DNA of 63,728 nt, the filler included, from Phoronis australis (lineage: Eukaryota; Animalia; Phoronida): NCBI GenBank assembly GCA_002633005.1. It is 9 parts of 9 records of this genome, joined end to end, with 100 filler letters (N's around TTAATTAATTAA, not from the genome) between each part and the next. Parts side by side here need not be neighbours in the genome. Positions count along the whole stretch, not along the records: positions 49,612 to 52,410 come from NMRA01003415.1; positions 52,511 to 58,095 come from NMRA01002311.1; positions 58,196 to 62,283 come from NMRA01002705.1; 6 more parts are not named here. One strand, 5' to 3'. Shown here in pieces: positions 50,243-62,235 of the stretch. Made by a program: the position numbers and the translations under genes. Each line of letters begins with the position of its first letter. Within the stretch, counting starts at the first letter, position 1. The notes under the pieces are model-generated. The model saw only the letters and a program-made list of their open reading frames with translations, was not told where the DNA came from and did no database searches.

Positions 50243-51302
50243 CTGCCGGAAAGAAAGAGGAAACATTGAATAAACACCTGATTTCCACAATAACACAGGC
50301 AATGCTGGGAACCTAGAACATATTATGCTTGTTCCAATACAATGTGGTGTGGTGGTATAGACAAATAGTGAAGCTATGAGACCCGGAGAGAGGCAATGCA
50401 GAGAGGAAATGTACTAGGCTAGTGTAAGCAACATCACTGAAAGGTAGGAGTCAAGCACTACAAGCCAATGGGGACCAGACATGGTCTAGTGAAGCACTGG
50501 GAAGTACTGCAATCAAGCATGGGAGGCAAGGAAATGAGGTGGTTTGTTATCAACAGAGAAGTAACAGACTTCCAGTGTGAAAGTCGAGATACAGGAAAGG
50601 TGGGAGGTACAACGGCAGTAATGGAAGTCACTAATGAAGTCAGAAGTGTTAATTACGTTACATGGGAAGGAAGTGTAGGAAGCCAGAATGGGAAGCAGCA
50701 GGATTGGTATTGTCTCGGAAAGCCAGTGTTCCATTTGCCAAGGGAGTACTCAACTGGCTTAGATTTTAAGTGGGCTGTGGCACCCCATGATGTGGAAATG
50801 CCCCCGTCATTGGAAAAAGAGGGAGAGTAGTGGTCTATTTAAATAACAAAAGTTGGGTAAGGAAACATGTGAGAAAGAGAAGGCAGCATACACTTGCATC
50901 ATAAGAACAGTCTTCAGATTCACACTCTTTGAAATACAATGCACATTGCTGTCACAACTAAGAGGTCAGCATCAAAATCTAATTGTCAAAAACAAAGGAT
51001 TCCACGGCTGAGCCTCTTAATTCTAGCTACAATCCCCTAAATACCACTCCTGGACCACCAAACAACAAACCTGTCGTACCTCTAAACTCTACATGTGTCA
51101 AAAATGGCCCATACCTGGAGATGAAATTCCATAGCTGGAGTATTAAAGCAGAAGAGCTTGCCATCACTTAGTGTCCTCAACAACTGCAAACCTTAAAACG
51201 AAACTTAAACTATTCACCAATTAATCAATTCTAGTAGCTAAGATAAAGCAAAATAAAACTAAATGTTCCTATTTTTACACGCAGATTTTGGATTTGTAAT
51301 AC

Positions 51303-51486
51303 CTGGATTATCCACACCAGTTTGGATGGCGGCATCCAGAGTGAATCCAGTGGGCGTGGTCTTGTCTCTAAGTTGTGCGTAGATCTCTGGCGTGATACAC
51401 TTAGCCATCCAGTTGTTGTGCTTCGACAAGTCCGGGTAGTCCTTCTCCGGGGGGTACTTCTTCTGGTTAAAGTTAGGGCCGGGCAT
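51303..51486 (-). CDS. CK: Creatine kinase coding exon 1, [38 protein letters not shown]
   Basis: [17 protein letters not shown] and IQTGVDNPG motifs; acceptor just upstream of 51512, aaaATG context, phase-1 donor GTATT. Confidence 0.93.
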
Positions 51487-52199
51487 TTTGGTAGTTGTGC
51501 TGAGTGGGCAAACTGCAACAGTAATAATAAATTAATGATTATATGAGATAATCATACAATAACAGTGGTATTGTAATTGTCATTAGTGACTTACAAAAAC
51601 GTCTTGCTCTCTGTCAAGTATCAAATCACAGTCAAACCTTAAGGGAATTTTCTAAAACATTTGCAGTAACTGAATTGAGGTTTGGTGTAACCAAAGCAAC
51701 ATGTAAACAGCAGTCTTGGGACCTAGAGCGGAGAATGAGAGTGGACTTACACTGACCTCATTATTATAATATGATTAGACTTATATATCAGAATCTTCAC
51801 TCCCAACGTATCTTTGATTTAATGCCAGAAATTATTCCCAGGTGCTATTTTGCACCAATGGCAGATCTATGCGAGGTTCAAACCACCATCAGGAGGCACG
51901 ACAAAAAATTTTGCTGGCAAATGATAACAAAAAAAGAAGGCTTCATGAGTGTCACAAGTCGTACGATGAGAACAGGTTAAAATATGGCCTGTATTGCAAT
52001 CAACACACATAGCAATAAAGAAAAAGGAGAAAGAAACAGGGTGGAAAATTGCTCTGACCAAAGGCATGTTTCATGGAAAGTGACGGTAAAGGCCCTTTCA
52101 TATTGACTTAACTCCTGTCTGAGTGGAGCGTCGAAATATACTGCAAAGTTAACTGGAGTATTCATACTGGCTTCATTAGTTAATAAACATCGAAGTTAA

Positions 52200-52410
52200 C
52201 GGTAGGTGACACTGTCGTCATCGAAGTTATCGCAAGGTAGCGTTGCACATTAGGACTTTTTTCAATGTGACAATTTGGGAACATTTACATGTGCTAATTG
52301 ACATAAAATTTATTTTTAAATCGACAGGTGATTACTAGAGAAAAATACATGCAACTATTAGCGACGGCACTACCCTGCAATTGTTGACGATAACAGTGGT
52401 ACCTGGCGTT
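52200..52410. mobile_element. Small TTAA-flanked MITE (piggyBac-like)
   Basis: TTAA|CGGTAGGTGACACTGT.. vs ..ACAGTGGTACCTGGCG|TT(N): ~45-bp degenerate TIR. Confidence 0.4.
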
Positions 52411-52510
52411 NNNNNNNNNNNNNNNNNNNNNNNNNNNNNNNNNNNNNNNNNNNNTTAATTAATTAANNNNNNNNNNNNNNNNNNNNNNNNNNNNNNNNNN
52501 NNNNNNNNNN

Positions 52511-52578
52511 TGGTTGGTATCTGGTAGAAATTTAGGGGGGCCATGGCCCCCTTGTCCCCCCTCTAAATCCGCCACTGG
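52511..52578. mobile_element. hAT-type element terminus
   Basis: GGGGGGCCATGGCCCC..CCCCCTCTAAATCCGCCACTG; related ends at ~150-162 and ~31680-31692. Confidence 0.55.
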
Positions 52579-52879
52579 GCAGGTGGAAGCTGTCGTGTGC
52601 CCTGGGCCATTAGTGGTAAGAAGGATGAGGGGTATAGACGTAGGCTCACTGGAGAATCGGCTGCATTTCTGGGACATAGACTTGGCATCACCAGATTCCC
52701 TGAAGGTGACTGACTCGCTTCTGACTATCAGCATTTTGAGTAACACGTTGTGTCTTCTTTTAAATTACCCATTGCCCTATGTAATGGTACAACATAAAAA
52801 GTATACAAGAATACAGTTTCTCTCATTTCAGGGAGAACTCTGACTCCGTTCCTCTGGAATGCTCAAAGTCGAGGGAATT

Positions 52880-53182
52880 GCCGAGTAACTTACGTTCCAC
52901 ACTTAAGCACGAAGACGTTGGCATTTTTCCAAACGTCAGGGAGCTAATATTGATAGGATGTGTATCCCCTATTGGATCCTGTGAGCCGGAGAGATCATTT
53001 TCTGTGCTCAGGCGTGTGAAAACAAATTTGAAGGCTAATATTCTGAGAAAAGGCTTGCTGGGTTATCACTGATGGCCATGCATTACGAAACAACCAAAAG
53101 ACTACACACATCACTGGCCGCCAAGGGCTTTTTCCAGAGCAACCCAGGGCGCATGTTCTGCAAGTCTATCTTCTTTGACTGA
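52880..53182 (+). pseudogene. hAT C-terminal dimerization domain fragment (THAP12/ZMYM-like)
   Basis: FPNVRELILIGCVSPIGSCEPERSFSVLRRVKTNL, frameshift, then RLAGLSLMAMHY. Confidence 0.85.
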
Positions 53183-55049
53183 AAGTGCCCCAAGTTATGT
53201 CAATGAGTAACGGCAGGATGCATAAAATACATGTATGGGCAACAACTGGGGATCAATAAGTGTCTAGGGAGCAGTTTTCAATCTAGTGGTTTCAGACCAA
53301 TCGAACTACATTTGTGCCACCTGGTGTCAAGTGGTTTTTACATTTGCTTCAATATCATAGAAGTTGCTTGGCCTATTTTCATGACATTTGACAAAAAGTT
53401 GTGTTTTTACAGAAACGACACCATCTCTTCAATTCCGATGGGTTTGATGCATTCTGCAATATCTAATGGCAATTTTTATGATAGTGAAAACACCCATAGA
53501 AGCACACCATTTGCGGTACTAACGTGGGTGCATTTCAACGCTCCTCGTTGCTCTTGTTTGATTATAAAGACCAAGAGTGCTACAAAAATGCGAAAAAAAC
53601 AGCGAGTAATAGTACCATGTAGAAAGAAATGAGCCAGAGACTATTAGGGAAATAATTTCAGTGATTCAAAAGATCTCTACCCTATAAACACAAAAGATTT
53701 AGAATATGGATCCCTCGCACTTGCTTCGGATAATTTAGTCAGGCATTCATCCAAAATTATAATCTTTATATTACAATTATTGGACCTTTCGTGCCGTTTG
53801 ATACAGTTCCATTTGCCCTCGTTCAAATATTTTTGCATATCACGAATCTCGATATAATAACCACTGGTACTCACCTATCGGGAGTAACACGCAAGGACGA
53901 ACTGAGACGAAAATTGGTGCATTTACCGACTGTTTTTTGAGACCACTTAAAAACCTGTAGATTTTACTAATGCACTTTTTGTTCATTTTCAGATGATATT
54001 TTCGAAATTAAATTTTCTTCAAACGGAACAAAAACAACCCAGGAATTGTTTATGCAATGTATCTTTTTGTCCCAGGCACTAACCGACACCTGTTAGGCCA
54101 AAGGAAAAACGCAGCAGACAAATGCAACACGCTGGGTGCTTAACAGTTTCGGTCCAAAAATATCGTCCAGTTGTATTTTATTGCAAAACACAGCACTATG
54201 CTCAACATTTATGTTGAAATTTTTGCTTCAGGCATTTTGGATTTATGTGAAGAAAATTAAAATTGATAGAGAATGGCCACCAATAAAGTAAAACATTGAT
54301 TTTATTTCACAATATTGTATTGTCATATACAACACAGCACGACATATAAAAGAAGAGATTGAGCAATAAAATGCAAATGCAACTTGGGTATTTATTTATT
54401 TATTGATGATTGCGGAAGTCTGTTAAAAATCAAACAATATGATATTGGGTAATTTATTGGAAAATGAACTACATCGAGGTTCAATGATCAGCTTCCGCCG
54501 ACCAAGTCTCAGAGGGTTTCAGTTCTGTTTTGGCTGACAAGGTGTTAACAGAGAATGAAGAAAATTGAAAAGAAAAAGAAAGACAGCAGAGATAAGTGGT
54601 ATTAAGAACAACAAGAGCAAAAAGTCAAATAAAGAGGACACAAATAGAAAATAAGTGAGGTCTATCTGGAATAAAACAATCGCGACTTATTTTCCAGAAC
54701 TGAAATTCTGAATCAATTTAAATCGATTTAAAAATCGATATCATACCAGTAAGATTGTGGTTGAACTAGAATTGTTGTAAACTACTTTCCACTAATTTCT
54801 TGGTCTTTTTCTGTGTGGTTTTCTGTTCTTTCAAAAGGCGGAAGCATATGACGACCGTAGGAGTCATAATAAAATGGCTGCCGAAAAGCAATGCACAGTT
54901 GAAACAACTCGGTATCAATCAAAGAAAACTTTTGAATCAACGAACACTATATATTTGTGAGAGTTAAATCAAATCCTATTCAGAGCATAATTTTGAAGTG
55001 GAACAGTTAGGTGAGTACTACAACAAGCCGGTTTTATGCTTAGGCGGAC

Positions 55050-55135
55050 GACCATTGGGTTCCCGAGTATATAACCTATTTATCCTATGCGCCCCTCTGA
55101 GGATTCTTTAAAGAAGCGGGTTTACGCAGATTGCT
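55050..55135 (+). pseudogene. Highly decayed Tc1/mariner transposase C-terminal fragment
   Basis: WVP.. followed by L*GFLKKRVYA resembles WPxxSPDLNP..LWGxLKxxVY. Confidence 0.3.
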
Positions 55136-55544
55136 CCGCTTGTTTTGGTGTCGTTTGTCATCTTTTATCAATGAGGATCGCAGATCGCGTGACACGTATA
55201 CGTGCCCGCAAAATTTTTATTAATGAATTTTTGCAGCCTGCATGACACGGCAGTCAAGTTATATTTTACAGCAGCTACAGGCTTGGGGTGCATATCTGCT
55301 ATTTTCGGTATGTTCGACAGAGTTTGAGCTAAATCTATTTCTAAGTTAAAGTTTGCTTACATTTCTGACGATTTTTCTTGACTTTGTTGAGTAATATCTG
55401 TGCAGGACACCCAGACGTTGGGGCTGATGCACGTTCAGACGATTCTTAAAAATGCTCCTTGAGCGCGGTCCTTATCATTTTTAGGTAGAAAGTATTCCGA
55501 AATTTATCGTAAAACTGACAAAAATACTCTGTTTACATATGTCA

Positions 55545-55636
55545 AAAAGCGGGACATATAGATGGTGTGGCGGGATGGCGGCAAAAAGTTTAAAAACGGG
55601 ACAGTCCGACAAGAGCGAGACAGTTGGCAAATACTA
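55545..55636. mobile_element. hAT-like right end
   Basis: Repeated CGGGAC/CGGGAT motifs ending GACAGTTGGCAAATACTA. Confidence 0.35.
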
Positions 55637-57669
55637 TAAGCTGTCAGCAACACAAAGTTCTCTACTGGGTTCTTAGGTAAACTTTTCATTTTATCAACAT
55701 TTATTTCACGGGAATTAGTAAATACTACAGATAACAGTAAGGCCTAATTCTCAGAAATCGAATTAACAAAAACGGCTTCTGGGCAACGGATAAACACGCA
55801 CACACACCCGCACACACGCACGCTAACCATTCAGTTTTTAGTCCAAAACTTTTCATTTAAGCAAAACGTAACATCTTTCCGTAAAATACTTTATCGTAAT
55901 CTATTTTGCCCGGGGTACGCCACGAGCTATGTTGCAGAGTAAAACAAGAGGAGGATTGGGAATATTTGTCATTTATTATGACGTAATAGATAAAACTAAC
56001 TAAGACTCTGCAAGATGGGCATGCAGAAAACGCCCACCGGCGTGTACAATGAATAGCCCTGCAAGAGGGAACAAAACAAAAGAACTGCCTGAAGGGCTTA
56101 AAGGAAAAGTACAGAACATGAACACAAAACTTGAAAAAACCTAACAGGAAATGTATACGAGCAAAGAGAAAATGGAACCGCCACCCGGGATGGGGGGTGG
56201 GGAAAAAATGAAGAGAACGAACGTAGGTCTTGTAGACGACGAGGTAGGTGGCTGAATGAGAGACCACGTTGAACAGAACAAAGGAAATATGCATATATCA
56301 TATTTAATAGAACATGAACGCAGTCAAAAAAAACGGTGATAGTGCACGTTGTTAGCAACACAAACGCCTCCGTCGCAAGAAATAATTCATTTTACTGCCA
56401 GATACACTGTATACTTAAAGGCGGGCTTTTGCGACTCTTGGAATCCCCCAAGCCTATTCCAAGTCTTAAATAAGGCCGACTTTGTACTGGCGACCTACGA
56501 AAAGAACTAGTTGTGGGTAATGCACTAGATAAGGTTTTCTGCATGACGAAACGTAAAGCTCTATTCCAATATCCGTATCACCAAGCCATAAATATGGGTT
56601 TCCAGTGACGACATTTTATGCTAAGGCAGTCGAGAAATCATGATTTTGAAACTGAGTAAGGATGACTGTGTGGTCTTTCATGATTGAAAGTTCATTTAAT
56701 AAACATTAGGCCTTTAATTAAGTGAATTGCGCCTTATCGTATGTCAGTGCTGACAGGTAAATCTGTTTTACTAAATACCTGTAGTTCTAAGATGTTGGTT
56801 TTACTTTACACCATTAATGTCATTAGCTGAGCGTTGATTTGTGGCGTTTCTTATGCAACGCTACTTACGTTACTTGTTGTGTTTACGTTATAGGCCCACT
56901 GCAGTGTATTGAATGACTGCTTTTATTTACGCGGTTCGTTCGTAGCAAAGGTGAATGGTTTCATAAGCCGTTCATATTTTAATTCACCAATAAAAAACAG
57001 ATGCTGTTCTCCAGGCTTAAATGCTATTAGAGGCAGGACTAGGGGCTAATATAAAAAACACTTCTTGTCAATTGAGCTCATCACTCTGAATCAGACGATT
57101 TGATCGATTTGACGACAACACTGCCCAGGGTGTGGAAATAATTCCACTCAAAACAGCAGGCACCCGGCCGAGCATACGTTACAGACCGGGGCCCCTAATT
57201 ATCACTCACGTCTCAAAACTTTCCATACTCGGTGGCCAAAACACCAGTCCTGGGGACAATTCCAGTTAAGTTTTCTGTAAAAACCAGTTCGAACGACCTT
57301 ATCTTAAAGTATCACCCTACCCTTGTGAGCGAAAACGACTAGACAATATCTCGGCTTAGCCGTGATGTTGGCAGTTATATGTACAGCTGTGTCGGGTTGC
57401 TTTCTTTCGATATCTATCCATAATCGTAAGTTGACTACCTCCCCCACAAACTTTCTTGTACGGCAGAATCTTAGGTTCCAATCAACAACTGAGTTGAGGG
57501 TTTTACAAAACGTTTTAATTATATACTAGAGTCGTGTTATACCTGCGCTCTCTGTCAGAATGCAACTTTTGATTTAAAAAGGGTGCAGTTGGTATGATGC
57601 CTTTTGCGGTACATCAGGCGTGTTTAGGCCACAAGGCCGGGCTCATTACACTAATCACCTGATTATGAG

Positions 57670-58095
57670 TCATGGGGGCCCGACATCACCGGATTCCTCA
57701 TGGGTAAAATCTTTTAATCTGCCTGTTTGTTTCAGAAAGACAGAAAGACTATTAAACCTGTATGAACTAACAGTGTTAACCAGGCGGGTTATGTGACCAT
57801 CAAGTAGTAGATTACGGTATCTATTGTAGGCAGGGCAAATCTCTACTAGATGTTCAGGAGTCTCAGCCGATAAGCCACAATTGGGACAAAATGAACATGA
57901 CATGTGGCCTGCGATGTTACGGTGCCGAGCTAGGTTGCAGTGTCCAGTAATAACCTGGATCAGCTGCCTTATATCAAGTCTATCTAAACATAACAGCTTC
58001 TTTGAACCTTTTGGTTCAGTAGGACTTGGAAACAGTTGTTTGGTTTGTCAGCAGGCAGAGAGCTTTCTCCATGAATCCACGGACAGTTTGTGCAC
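57670..58095 (-). mobile_element. Non-LTR retrotransposon ORF2 C-terminus with CCHC finger (LOA/R1/I-group-like)
   Basis: LIQVITGHCNLARH..CPNCGLSAETPEHLVEICPAY..R, then stop and 3' UTR. Confidence 0.8.
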
Positions 58096-59212
58096 NNNNN
58101 NNNNNNNNNNNNNNNNNNNNNNNNNNNNNNNNNNNNNNNTTAATTAATTAANNNNNNNNNNNNNNNNNNNNNNNNNNNNNNNNNNNNNNNNNNNNTCATA
58201 GGTCTTGGGATAATATTAAATCGAAATCTGGATTAGGATTTGACATTTTCCACCAAACTCATAAAATTGGCCACTCGGGTAATTATTGCATGCTTATGAC
58301 GGTACGCGACACCAACCCCATTCATCAGCTTTTTACTAAATTGTTGTCAAACATCCAGCCCTCCCAGAATTTCTACAAAACTCAATATTACCTTGTGTCT
58401 CTAGCTGATAATCATCTCTACGTGGATTCTTGGAAAGATTGAATGATGCTTTTGAGTATCGTTTGAAAATCCGATCACACGTGCTTAATACTTTTATCAA
58501 TATTTCGAATGCGAACACTGCGACACTTTAAAATGTTTTAATGACTCAAATAAGTCTGACTCAGAATTTAGCTTAATTAATATAGTACAAAAACATTGCC
58601 AATTGACCTCATTTTCGTGTTATTCACCAAAACTCCAAGGCTAATGTAGGCGTGATTCGAGACTAGAGAAAGGATTCAGTCACAGCTTCATCTATTGAGA
58701 ATTGCCTTTGAGGCTGCACCAATAGGAGGACACAGAGCAGTTCCAACTGGGTTCTTGCAGAACACACATCAATTGTCTTGTGACCATTTCTTCACGCTAT
58801 CAAAAACCGTACGCAAAGAATGGAAAGTCATTCCACATCTAAAGCCCTAGAGACGAGCACAAAACTTCATTATGTGTTGTATTTTTGCCCATGCACTCAC
58901 AATAAAAGCAAGGTAGGCCAAGAAAAAAAGGGAAAGACTCAAAATTGCACTTTTCAACTCAAGATCACCACTTCGTTGCCGAAACACGACGTAAGCCAAC
59001 ATTAGATTTTGAAACTTACTTTCTTACAGATCAAAATGTGATCCAATGTGCTGCCAATCTTTTTTATAATTTTGGTTTGTTAATAATAGGGCAACCTGAA
59101 AACGCAGCGATTTCTCAGTCGCTATTTAGAATGCATAAATGCAACAGGGGGTCGCTATCTTGAAGAAGAGAGCATCTGCAAGTGATCACTTGGTCTTCTG
59201 TCGTTCCCAACA

Positions 59213-60915
59213 TTTTCAACATGAAGGCATAGAAGCCTGTACCAAGTTTCTTAGTCAACGTAATAATCCTAATGTACCTACATCTTTTATTCGCTCTCTT
59301 CTTGAACATGTACTTACCATGAATCATTTTACCTTTAATAATAATCACTATCTCCAAATATTAGGCACAGCCATGGGAACTAGGGTTGCTCCTACCTTTG
59401 CTAACCTCTTTATGGGAAATCTTGAAAACAGCTTCATCAAATCCTGCTCTGAAAAACCCCTTCTCTGGCTAAGATACATTGATGACATTTTTATGATATG
59501 GACCCATGGTCCACAAAAATTAGATGTATTTTTAGAAAATATTAACAAATTTCACCCTACTATAAAGTTCACTCATGACATTTCTCAAAATAAAGTCTCA
59601 TTTTTAGATGTAACTGTCACTCTTAATAATGATAAACTAGAAACTGACTTATTCTGTAAAGAAACTGACAAACACCAGTATCTGTCATATNNNNNNNNNN
59701 NNNNNNNNNNNNNNNNNNNNNNNNNNNNNNNNNNNNNNNNNNNNNNNNNNNNNNNNNNNNNNNNNNNNNNNNNNNNNNNNNNNNNNNNNNNNNNNNNNNN
59801 NNNNNNNNNNNNNNNNNNNNNNNNNNNNNNNNNNNNNNNNNNNNNNNNNNNNNNNNNNNNNNNNNNNNNNNNNNNNNNNNNNNNNNNNNNNNNNNNNNNN
59901 NNNNNNNNNNNNNNNNNNNNNNNNNNNNNNNNNNNNNNNNNNNNNNNNNNNNNNNNNNNNNNNNNNNNNNNNNNNNNNNNNNNNNNNNNNNNNNNNNNNN
60001 NNNNNNNNNNNNNNNNNNNNNNNNNNNNNNNNNNNNNNNNNNNNNNNNNNNNNNNNNNNNNNNNNNNNNNNNNNNNNNNNNNNNNNNNNNNNNNNNNNNN
60101 NNNNNNNNNNNNNNNNNNNNNNNNNNNNNNNNNNNNNNNNNNNNNNNNNNNNNNNNNNNNNNNNNNNNNNNNNNNNNNNNNNNNNNNNNNNNNNNNNNNN
60201 NNNNNNNNNNNNNNNNNNNNNNNNNNNNNNNNNNNNNNNNNNNNNNNNNNNNNNNNNNNNNNNNNNNNNNNNNNNNNNNNNNNNNNNNNNNNNNNNNNNN
60301 NNNNNNNNNNNNNNNNNNNNNNNNNNNNNNNNNNNNNNNNNNNNNNNNNNNNNNNNNNNNNNNNNNNNNNNNNNNNNNNNNNNNNNNNCAATATTATTTA
60401 CCTTATAACTTGTAAAAAATGTTCTATCCAATACGTAGGACAAACTCAACATAATCTACAAACTCGGTTTCGTAATCATAGATTTAACATAATACATAAA
60501 AACATTTCTGATACTGTAGGTAATCATTTCAATTCCAAAAACCATAATATTCAAGATCTTTCTGTACAAATAATAGAAAAACTCCAACACCCCAGTACCC
60601 CTCACAGACTTAAAAGAGAACAATATTGGATAGACAAACTGAATACAATAGAACCTCATGGATTGAACATAAAAACTTAAAATATGTCATTGAATTTTTT
60701 ACGCAAAAAGGTATCATTTTCATTACACCATATCTTATATGTCAATTGTCATTTCGTGTTTGATTTTACTTTATTTCTGTTTTTGTTGATAAAGGAAGTT
60801 GTTACCTCCGAAAATTTCAAATTTCAGTTGATCCATTCTTGTTGTTTTATTTATATTCTTCATTTCACGAAACAATAGTATCCTTGGGAGGATCTGGATC
60901 GCCTTATTTAGTTTC
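59213..60915 (+). mobile_element. 5'-truncated Penelope-like element (Neptune-type): RT + GIY-YIG + 3' UTR
   Basis: RT motifs GTAMGTRVAPTFANLFM, WLRYIDDIF, FLDV, KETDKHQYL; endonuclease NIIYLITCKKCSIQYVGQT..RFRNHR..REQYWI..GLN; stop at 60680; 698-N gap inside. Confidence 0.93.
60786..60820 (+). ncRNA. Atypical minimal hammerhead-like motif in the PLE 3' UTR
   Basis: TTGATAA-A-GGAAGT-TGTT-ACCTCC-GAAA-ATTTC: core with C3U/G8A changes, stem II, GAAA, palindromic AAATTT. Confidence 0.55.
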
Positions 60916-61460
60916 AGATATATTTTCTACAACATTTTCACAAATACAAGCAAATCCCATTCACTGTGCCTGCATGCAACGCCTACCTGAAACCTCCCCC
61001 CCCCCCCACCCCAGCCTGGCCTACCCCAGAATTTAATTTTTCGGCACTTCAAATTGGCCTCGGCTGCATCCTGACTGTTCAGTGCCACCTCCGAACGCAC
61101 TAAATCAATGCATTATACTCTAGTCTATAGTACATAAACTGCTAGCTCTGCTTATTTTCAATGCATGAGAAGTCTGAAATCGTGTGCACAGGTCCCACTT
61201 CATTCGGTGTGTATATTTTACGTCTGTTGAGTAAGGATTGTGCCTTTTGAATTTTGCATCTGCGTTTCCTGCACTGTAGCCAAAATTACCCGTCGAATGG
61301 CTATTCAAAAAATAGCGAAAAGTTTGCACAAAAATATATGAGGACTCCACTGAATTTCACAGGAAATTATAGAAGCTGTGAATCTGCAGTTTATGATCTA
61401 TAACTCCATAATTATTCGTGTTTGTGACTTACTTGAGATAGCAACGGGTAAATAAAACTA

Positions 61461-62235
61461 TGTAACGAATTGTTACAGATTTTCGTTCCATTTCCGAACC
61501 ACATGATGCTGCGTGTCGGTCATCATCCTATCGCCGGGCTAATCAGCTCTACAGATGACACAGTGACAAACCCGGTGCACGTTTGCATTGGGCGACTTGA
61601 TCTCAGCATCACACTTCCAAATAAATGGCTTCAAAATTCCTTTTTCGCTAAAAAAATTGTACCCAAAACGATATCTCTCCATCGCAATTTTCTGTTTGTA
61701 ACTAAAACCAAAGTAAGTAAAATATCATACAGCAGCTATACTTGCTTGTCCTATTTACACGTAAATATTTTTCTCTTTTAGAGAAGGGAAATAATGTGAT
61801 CAGCACCTCTGCTTTTAGAAACTTGGTTATCTTGAAATATTTATTGGAAATTTTGTTAGCAGGGCCATCAGAATGTATTGAATTTGGTTCGTGCATGTTG
61901 TCGTGTAGAAAAAGGCGATTACTGGAAAACGTCCGTCGATATCTAAGTGAAACTCTTAGCTTGCGTTGTAATTTTTATCTTACACCTGAATGAGATATGT
62001 GATCGAATACCATATGTATATTTACAAAGCAGTGTTGCTTACCGAGCTTACAGGGTTATCAATTTGCTGTGCATCCAACCTGTCTGCGTTCATCAGCTGC
62101 GTACTCAACCCAATTCGGGGATCAATCTGCAACTGACCTCATTGGAAACCTACCATGATGACTTCTGAAAACAAACCCTTGATGGAAAGTAATCCATCTG
62201 ATTCGGGGAACAATGCTTCATTTGGTTACCGTGGT
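61461..62235 (+). mobile_element. Possible 5' LTR plus primer-binding site
   Basis: TGTAAC (61461) ... CTTCA (62220), followed by TTTGGTTACCGTG, close to the tRNA-Arg-type PBS TGGCGACCGTG. The 5' boundary is uncertain. Confidence 0.3.

Noticed and set aside
50468-50830. 120-aa ORF in the CK intron
   Set aside because: No motif; the opposite strand only faintly resembles a decayed LINE endonuclease region.
59585-60452. Long minus-strand ORFs of 255-268 aa
   Set aside because: Almost entirely N-derived.
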